Below are positions 14,027 to 20,000 of a stretch of DNA of 20,000 bases, piece after piece (position 1 is the first letter of the stretch; every line of letters begins with the position of its first letter). The translations under genes and the position numbers were made by a program. Below the pieces are notes generated by a model. It had not been told where the DNA came from. It saw only the letters and a program-made list of their open reading frames with translations, and did no database searches. The stretch lies in IMG/VR virus record IMGVR_UViG_3300037467_001324; one strand, given 5' to 3'. The stretch comes from an uncultured virus (IMG/VR IMGVR_UViG_3300037467_001324). Lineage: Duplodnaviria > Heunggongvirae > Uroviricota > Caudoviricetes.

Positions 14027-15946
14027 ATGACGAAGCAGCCCGTCGCTTGCGACATTGAATGCTATCGGAACTATTTCCTCGTCGGTCTCAAGCGGATCAG
14101 CGACGGCACGCTGCTGCAATTTGAGTTTTCCGAGCGGTCGCCGCTCGACAAGGAGCGGCTCAAGCGAATCCTGCTCAACCACCGAGTCATCACCTTCAAC
14201 GGTCTGACCTATGATGTCCCGCTGATTTACTACGCGCTCGAGGGCGCGACCAACGAGCAACTCAAGCGGGCGAGCGACCGCATCATTCAGGGCAATGTCA
14301 AGTATTGGGACGTCGAGGACCTGCTCGGCATCCGCATTCCGCGCGAGCTCGATCATATCGATCTTATCGAGCCTCAACCGAACGCCTTCGCGGCGTTGAA
14401 GCTGCTCGCCGGTCGACTGCACTCGCGCACGTTGCAGGACTTGCCTTACGAGCACGACACGATCCTGACGCACGAGCAAATGGACGATGTTGCCGATTAC
14501 AACGGCCACGATCTCGATGACACAATCGACCTGTTCCATGCGCTCAAGGACCGCCTTGAGCTGCGCGAGGCGCTCGGACGGCAATATCTCGAGAACAATC
14601 CTCGCGGCTTCATGTCGAAATCGGATGCGCAGATTGGCGAGGCCATCATCAAGCGCGAGGTCGAGAAGGTCACCGGGCAGAAGGTAAAGAAGGAGCAGAC
14701 GCGCAACGGGGAAACCTTCCCGTACCGCGCGCCGGAGTGGCTCAAGTTCGAGCATCCGGAATTGGTCGAGGTGATGCGCCGCCTGGCCGACACCGAGTTC
14801 GTCGTGAAGGCGAACGGCAAGGTGGATATGCCGCCGTTCCTGCACAATCGCGCCGTTCGTATCGGCGAGACCGAGTACGCGATGGGGATTGGTGGTCTGC
14901 ACTCGACCGAGAAGGAGCGAGCTGTCGTCGCCGACGATGAGCATGTCCTCATCGACTTTGACGTTGCGTCCTACTACCCGGCCATCATCATCGGCTCGGG
15001 CCTTTATCCGAAATCGCTCGGACGGCCATTCATCCAGGTGTTCGACAAGATCCGGCAGCAGCGCGTCGCAGCGAAGCGGGCCGGCGACACGACGACCGCC
15101 GAGGGTCTGAAAATCGCCCTGAACGGCTGCTTCGGCAAGCTCGGTAGCCCTTATTCCATCCTTTACGCGCCGCACCTGATGATCGCGGTGACACTGACGG
15201 GCCAGCTGGCGCTGCTTATGCTCATAGAGTGGGCGGAAGCAGCAGGCATCAAGGTCGTCTCAGGGAACACAGACGGTGTCGTGTTCCACTGTCCGGTCGA
15301 TCTCGAGCCGAAGCTCATGGAACTGACGAAGCGGTGGGAGGAGCAGACCGGTTTTGAACTCGAGTCCACGCGGTACTCGGGTCTCTATAGCCAAAGCGTC
15401 AACAGCTACATCGCCATCAAGGAGAACGGGAAGGCGAAGCGGAAAGGACCGCTCAGCAACCCGCTCAAAGAAACGCCTCCGGACCTGCGCACGCAGATGA
15501 TGACGTCGCCGAGCATGAACGTCTGCGCAGACGCAGTCGTCGACTGGCTGACGAAAGGGATTCCCGTCGAGCAAACCATCCGCGAGCGCGACGACATCCG
15601 CGATTTTGTGACGGTCGTGAAGGTCGATGGTGGTGGCACCTGGCGCGGGAAATATCTCGGCAAATACGTTCGGTTCATCTGGTCAAAGGATGGCGACCCG
15701 ATTCTGTCGAAGAAGGCCCATCCGACCACCGGCAATCATAAGAAGGTCAGCAAGAGCGACGGCTGCCGCCCGGTCATGGTGCTGCCTGACGAGCTGCCAA
15801 TCGACATCGATTATGACCGCTACATCGCCGAGGCGCGCGAAATCCTCATGGCAATCGGCGCCGACCGACGCCCGCCGCCGCAGGTGAAGGTGCGCGTGTA
15901 TGCGGCGCAGCGGTACGATTGGTTGGCGCTGGCGATCGCGGCATGA
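14027..15946 (+). CDS. Family B DNA polymerase with 3'-5' exonuclease domain
   Basis: ExoI CDIECY, ExoII FNGLTYD, ExoIII YNGHD; polymerase motifs DFDVASYYP, KIALNGCFGK, SGNTDG. Confidence 0.92.
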   Translation: MTKQPVACDIECYRNYFLVGLKRISDGTLLQFEFSERSPLDKERLKRILLNHRVITFNGLTYDVPLIYYALEGATNEQLKRASDRIIQGNVKYWDVEDLLGIRIPRELDHIDLIEPQPNAFAALKLLAGRLHSRTLQDLPYEHDTILTHEQMDDVADYNGHDLDDTIDLFHALKDRLELREALGRQYLENNPRGFMSKSDAQIGEAIIKREVEKVTGQKVKKEQTRNGETFPYRAPEWLKFEHPELVEVMRRLADTEFVVKANGKVDMPPFLHNRAVRIGETEYAMGIGGLHSTEKERAVVADDEHVLIDFDVASYYPAIIIGSGLYPKSLGRPFIQVFDKIRQQRVAAKRAGDTTTAEGLKIALNGCFGKLGSPYSILYAPHLMIAVTLTGQLALLMLIEWAEAAGIKVVSGNTDGVVFHCPVDLEPKLMELTKRWEEQTGFELESTRYSGLYSQSVNSYIAIKENGKAKRKGPLSNPLKETPPDLRTQMMTSPSMNVCADAVVDWLTKGIPVEQTIRERDDIRDFVTVVKVDGGGTWRGKYLGKYVRFIWSKDGDPILSKKAHPTTGNHKKVSKSDGCRPVMVLPDELPIDIDYDRYIAEAREILMAIGADRRPPPQVKVRVYAAQRYDWLALAIAA

Positions 15947-16296
15947 CGCGCGGCAATGCACAGCAGCGTCGCCAGCGATGGCTGCGATACGAATGGTTCC
16001 GCGACCCCGCCTGCCGATATTGTGGACGAATCACCAAATTGTTGGGTGACGATGAGCCTGTAAGCGACGACATGGCGACCTGCGACCACTACGTTCCGCA
16101 GGCTAAAGAGGGGCCTGACAAGCCGTTCAATTGGCGATTGAGTTGCCGAAAATGCAACGCCGACAAAGGTGACATGCTACCTGAAATGTGGCTGCTCGTC
16201 GGGGAGGTGGACTTCACACCGCCTGTCATCGAACCTGTCGAAGCAAGAACTCCAACTGCGCTCGAGATGGCATTCCGCCGCGCCGGCCTCGGCTGA
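15943..16296 (+). CDS. HNH endonuclease
   Basis: CRYCG...TCDHYVP...N...CRKCNADKGD; ATGA overlap with the polymerase. Confidence 0.9.
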   Translation: MTRGNAQQRRQRWLRYEWFRDPACRYCGRITKLLGDDEPVSDDMATCDHYVPQAKEGPDKPFNWRLSCRKCNADKGDMLPEMWLLVGEVDFTPPVIEPVEARTPTALEMAFRRAGLG

Positions 16297-17792
16297 TGGA
16301 CACACAGACCGCCGTCGATTTCCTCCGGCTATCGGTACTCGGCGGACTCAACGCGCCGATAGGGCCGATTCCATTCGACCCTTACCACATCCGTAAGCGC
16401 CGGCTCCGTGACTATCAGGAGGAGATGATCCTCGAGGGCATCAGTTACATGCGCCTCGGAGTCCGGCGTATCCTGTTCCAGCTGCCGACCGGAGGCGGCA
16501 AGACCGTCATGGCGGCAGCGATGCACGGCAGCGCAATGGACCTAGCCCTGACATCGGAGTTCATCGTCCACCGCAAGGAACTCGTCGACCAGACGAGCCA
16601 CACGTTCACTCAGTTCGGGATCCCGCACGGTTTCATCGCGGCCGGACATCCGTTGCTCACTGACGAGCTCGTGTCGATCGCTGGCGTCGGAACCTTGGTC
16701 AATCGGCTCGAGCAAATGCTCCCGCCGAAGCTCGCCGTGGTCGACGAATGCCACCACGCGACGGCAGCCTCATGGCAGCGCGTCCTAGAGGCTTATGGCG
16801 AGTCCTTCGTCATCGGTCTCACCGCCACGCCGGAGCGGCTCGATGGTAAGGGCCTCGATGACCAGTTCGACGTGATGATTAAGGGTCCACCCGTCGCCGA
16901 ACTCATCGCTCGCGGCTACCTAGCGGATTTCGACTATTATGCGCCGGGGCAACCCGACCTCACCGGTATCCATACCACCGCAGGCGATTTCAACCGCGGC
17001 GAGATTGCCGAGCTGATGGATAAGCCGAAGCTCATCGGCGATGTCGTCGAGCATTATCTTCGGCTCGCTCCAGGTCAGGCGGGCATCGTGTTCGCAGCGA
17101 GCCGTGAGCACAGCCGCCACATGGCGGAGGCGTTCAACAGCCACGGGATTCGCGCGGCGCATGTCGACGGCACCATGCCGGACAAGGAGCGCGATCGCGT
17201 CGTCGCTGCCTTCCGTGCCGGCGAAATCAGCGTGATGACGAACGTGGACCTGTTCGGCGAAGGCTTTGACGTTCCTGGCATCGTTTATTGCGGTCTCGCG
17301 CGCCCGACGAAATCCCTGTCGCTGTTCATGCAGCAATGCGGCCGCGCGCTAAGGATGTTCGACGGTAAGCCTAACGCCATCCTCGCCGATCACGCCGGAA
17401 ACGTGCTGCGGCACGGTCTCCCCGACGACGAACGCGAATGGAGCCTCAAGGGTCGCGTCGTGCGGCAGCGCGGCCCAGGCGAGAATGACGCGCTCCCGGT
17501 TCGGCAGTGCAAGGTCTGCTTCCGCGTATCGCCGTCGACCGTGACTCAGTGTCCCGGCTGCGGCGAGGAGTTCCCCGTCCAGGCGCGCAAGCTCGAGCAA
17601 GAGGACGGCCAATTGACGAAGGTCGAGCGTGAGGCACTCAAGCGGCGACGTGCGATCGACCGTAAAATCGAGGAGCGCGCCTGCAAGAGTCCGGACGATT
17701 TCATCGCTCTAGCGAAGGCCCGCGGTTACGCCAACCCTCGAGGGTGGGCGAAGGTGCAATGGAAGCTGCGTAAAGGCGGGAAAATCCGATGA
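16296..17792 (+). CDS. Superfamily 2 DExH helicase with C-terminal zinc finger
   Basis: LRDYQ, LPTGGGKT, VDECHH, GLTATP, EGFDVP, QQCGRALR, CKVC...CPGC; TGATG coupling. Confidence 0.93.
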   Translation: MDTQTAVDFLRLSVLGGLNAPIGPIPFDPYHIRKRRLRDYQEEMILEGISYMRLGVRRILFQLPTGGGKTVMAAAMHGSAMDLALTSEFIVHRKELVDQTSHTFTQFGIPHGFIAAGHPLLTDELVSIAGVGTLVNRLEQMLPPKLAVVDECHHATAASWQRVLEAYGESFVIGLTATPERLDGKGLDDQFDVMIKGPPVAELIARGYLADFDYYAPGQPDLTGIHTTAGDFNRGEIAELMDKPKLIGDVVEHYLRLAPGQAGIVFAASREHSRHMAEAFNSHGIRAAHVDGTMPDKERDRVVAAFRAGEISVMTNVDLFGEGFDVPGIVYCGLARPTKSLSLFMQQCGRALRMFDGKPNAILADHAGNVLRHGLPDDEREWSLKGRVVRQRGPGENDALPVRQCKVCFRVSPSTVTQCPGCGEEFPVQARKLEQEDGQLTKVEREALKRRRAIDRKIEERACKSPDDFIALAKARGYANPRGWAKVQWKLRKGGKIR

Positions 17793-18175
17793 CCTCCGAG
17801 AAGCGTGTTCTCGCCGAAACCCTCTGTGCCGTCACCGCCATGCCCGAAACGATGGCCTGGCGGAACAATACGGGCATGGCATGGCAGGGACGCAGGGTCG
17901 AAGGTCGCGTGGGGTTGGCTGTGCGTATCGAACCCGGCATGGTCATCCTTCGCAACGCTCGCCCCGTCAGGTTCGGTCTCGAGGGTTCGGGCGACATCAT
18001 CGGAGCGACCCATCGGCGCCCACTGGCAGTTGAGACAAAGACCGAAAGTGGAGCGCAACGTCGAGCTCAGATCATGTTCGAGCGCGCTTGGGTGAAGGCT
18101 GGAGGTATCTATATTCTCGCTCGTTCCGCTGACGAAGCCCGAGAGAAAATCGAGCAAGCCCTTCTAATCGGCTGA
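17789..18175 (+). CDS. VRR-NUC family nuclease
   Basis: WRNNTG, FGLEGSGDIIG, AVETKT, GGIYILARS. Confidence 0.88.
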   Translation: MTSEKRVLAETLCAVTAMPETMAWRNNTGMAWQGRRVEGRVGLAVRIEPGMVILRNARPVRFGLEGSGDIIGATHRRPLAVETKTESGAQRRAQIMFERAWVKAGGIYILARSADEAREKIEQALLIG

Positions 18176-18211
18176 CCTTTCCGGCTGCGACATTAATTTC
18201 ACATGAACCTA

Positions 18212-18257
18212 TTGACACTCTTGTCCTCACAACTTATTAGTCAACTTTCAGTTGAGT
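18212..18257 (+). promoter_or_regulatory. Repressor promoter with downstream operator
   Basis: TTGACA (18212)-17-TATTAG (18235); AGTCAACT-TTC-AGTTGAGT at 18239-18257. Confidence 0.7.
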
Positions 18258-18284
18258 AACACAACTCACAGAGGGAACGGAAAG

Positions 18285-19019
18285 TTGAACGCTGAACGCA
18301 GATTGTGGGATCGTCACGGTGAGAAGCCCGAGCGCCAAAACTGGAAGGTCATCCGGAGTCCGGAGTTCGCCGAACGGCTGACTCGGACTGCCGACATGAA
18401 CCCGAACGTGCCGCCGATGCGGAGTGGTCGTCTGACATATATCCGCGACGAACTCAGCAAGCGGAACCCTGGTCAGGCACCGATCTCGCTCGAGTCTGTC
18501 CGCAAGTGGTTCAGCGGCGAGGCGATGCCTCACAAGGATCGAGTTGAGCATCTTGCCGAGATCCTCCGTGTTGATGCAGCATGGCTCATGCTCGGTGAGG
18601 AAGGCCAGGACACGCCGCAACAGCGTCGCGCCCGAAACGCGATGGTGGACGGCGCCGTGAATGTCGTCGCCGGCCTCGCGCAGATGGACGGCGCTGTTGT
18701 GGCGTTCCCCGAGGATGATGACCGCTTCGCGCTCGCGCAGCACATCGATCTTTATGCGATCATCCGCGGCGCCAACTACCCGCTGCACGTCATCGTCGCC
18801 GAGGAGCAGGAGAACGGGCAGCTCGTTTTCTCTGTCCCGACCGACCTGCGCAACACGGTGCCGATTGGCGTAGTGCGCCTCGAGGCGTTCAATTTCTCTG
18901 TGTTCGAGATCACCGATGAGGCGATCGAGCTCGGCACGCCAGGCCAGCGCGGAAAGATTGAGGTCAATGCGCGTTCTCAGGGCGTGCGTGAAATCACCTC
19001 GTTCAAGGAGCGGTTTTGA
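18285..19019 (+). CDS. XRE-family HTH phage repressor (start uncertain; TTG 18285 favoured)
   Basis: ISLESVRKWFSGEAMPHKDRVEHLAEILRVDAAWLMLGE; adjacent to attP and the integrase. Confidence 0.85.
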   Translation: MNAERRLWDRHGEKPERQNWKVIRSPEFAERLTRTADMNPNVPPMRSGRLTYIRDELSKRNPGQAPISLESVRKWFSGEAMPHKDRVEHLAEILRVDAAWLMLGEEGQDTPQQRRARNAMVDGAVNVVAGLAQMDGAVVAFPEDDDRFALAQHIDLYAIIRGANYPLHVIVAEEQENGQLVFSVPTDLRNTVPIGVVRLEAFNFSVFEITDEAIELGTPGQRGKIEVNARSQGVREITSFKERF

Positions 19020-19022
19020 GGA

Positions 19023-19223
19023 ATGCGTTGCGCTCGCTTTATCGTGGCCGAAGGTGAGAACATCAAACCGCTCGATGTCGTTTGCATCGATCCGACGAGC
19101 GGCAAAATACGAAAGGCGTCGGAACAGGACAAGAACTGGTTTACCGTGCCGGAGGATGCCTACCAGGATGGCGGTGAACTCTGCATTCCGAATGTCAACG
19201 ACCGCCGCGCAATGGCCCATTGA
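19023..19223 (+). CDS. Hypothetical protein, 66 aa
   Basis: ORF track; AGGAG and GAGG upstream; co-oriented with the repressor. Confidence 0.6.
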   Translation: MRCARFIVAEGENIKPLDVVCIDPTSGKIRKASEQDKNWFTVPEDAYQDGGELCIPNVNDRRAMAH

Positions 19224-19227
19224 CCGA

Positions 19228-19534
19228 GTCTCACGGCGTCCCATGCTGTGCCATGCTGTTTCGGTGCCTGTGCAGTAAGAATTACAGTAACTGCCGAATG
19301 AGTTAAGCCAAAAAACTTAATACATTCAAGTGATTAGGCAGTTTAAGTCGAGTCCCGTTGGGGTCACCAGACGCTTTCGTCCCATAGCGTCCCATGCCAT
19401 CCCAAGCGTGAAAATACCACCTGAAAAACCGAGTTGTTTCAGAGTGTCATGGCGTCCCATGCCGTCCCATGCCTTCCGGATTGCCACGCAGTAAGAAGCG
19501 CAGTAAGTGAGTCCCACGGCTCGGAGTTACTGTA
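19228..19534 (+). mobile_element. attP region: tRNA 3'-end core (19348-19369), CAGTAA arm-type repeats and 10-bp GTCCCATGC repeats
   Basis: TCGAGTCCCGTTGGGGTCACCA is a T-loop/acceptor/CCA end without a 5' half (likely tRNA-Glu); CAGTAA pairs at 19271-19290 and 19488-19507, TTACTGTA at 19527. Confidence 0.85.
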
Positions 19535-20000
19535 TGGCGCTTTCAGATATGGCGGTGCGCAAAGCGAAGCCTCGAGAGAAGGCTTATCGACTCACCGATG
19601 AACGCGGCCTCTACCTTCTCGTGCAGCCTGACGGCGCGCGGTGGTGGCGGCTCGATTTCACGTTCAATAATAAGCGTCGGACGATGAGCCTCGGCGTCTA
19701 TCCGGATGTCGAACTCGGCGATGCGCGCGACGGGCGGGACCGCGCCCGCAAGCTAATTGCCGCTGGTATCGATCCCGTCCAAGAGCGTCGCACGGGCGCC
19801 GGCCAGGTTGACGCGAGCTTCAAGGCCGTGGCGTTGCTATGGTTCGAGGCCAACCGCGATCAATGGTCGCAGCGCACCTACGATGTGAAAATGCGTCGCT
19901 TCGAGCAGCACATCTTTCCGGAGATCGGTCGAAAAGACATTCGCACCATCGAACCGACCGAGATGCTCAAGGTCATCCGGAAAATCGAAGAAAGAGGTGC
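19534..20000 (+). CDS. int: P4-family tyrosine integrase, N-terminal arm-binding domain (partial)
   Basis: MALSDMAVRKAKPREKAYRLTDERGLYLLVQPDGARWWRLDF...SLGVYPDV...AR...GIDP; open to the window end. Confidence 0.95.
   Translation, partial: MALSDMAVRKAKPREKAYRLTDERGLYLLVQPDGARWWRLDFTFNNKRRTMSLGVYPDVELGDARDGRDRARKLIAAGIDPVQERRTGAGQVDASFKAVALLWFEANRDQWSQRTYDVKMRRFEQHIFPEIGRKDIRTIEPTEMLKVIRKIEERG

Noticed and set aside
13211..15175. 654-aa minus-strand ORF
   Set aside because: Antisense shadow of the SSB and polymerase genes in GC-rich DNA; no motifs
16188..16295. Extended N-terminus of the helicase as given by the ORF track (similar over-extensions at 953, 4361, 4654, 10630, 15919)
   Set aside because: Extensions overlap neighbouring genes or promoters; coupled downstream starts fit better
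19340..19370. Complete tRNA gene
   Set aside because: Only the 3' 22 nt are present; interpreted as the att core

Overview
The window is a ~63% GC temperate siphovirus-type phage segment, probably from an alphaproteobacterial host (inferred), organised like Chi-like/Nazgul-like phages. From left to right it holds: a leftward block of small, coupled early/accessory genes (1-5428); a non-coding region with a lambda/Chi-like cos candidate, 10-bp periodic repeats and an iteron array (5480-6200); a Cys-rich ORF; a ~800-nt ORF-free, densely base-paired, multi-pseudoknot element with its own promoter, which is a candidate large phage ncRNA (6791-7583); a Prim-Pol/PriCT-2/VirE primase-helicase with a Cro-like regulator; a rightward replication operon (DUF2800 Cas4-like nuclease, DUF2815 SSB, family-B DNA polymerase, HNH, SF2 helicase, VRR-NUC); an XRE repressor; an intact attP carrying a tRNA 3' end; and the start of a P4-type tyrosine integrase. 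The most notable observations are the candidate giant structured RNA, one 10-bp repeat family shared by the cos and attP regions, a repressor-operator palindrome network, and shared C-terminal xxxIG tails on replication proteins. All calls come from reading motifs by eye; no searches or folding programs were run.
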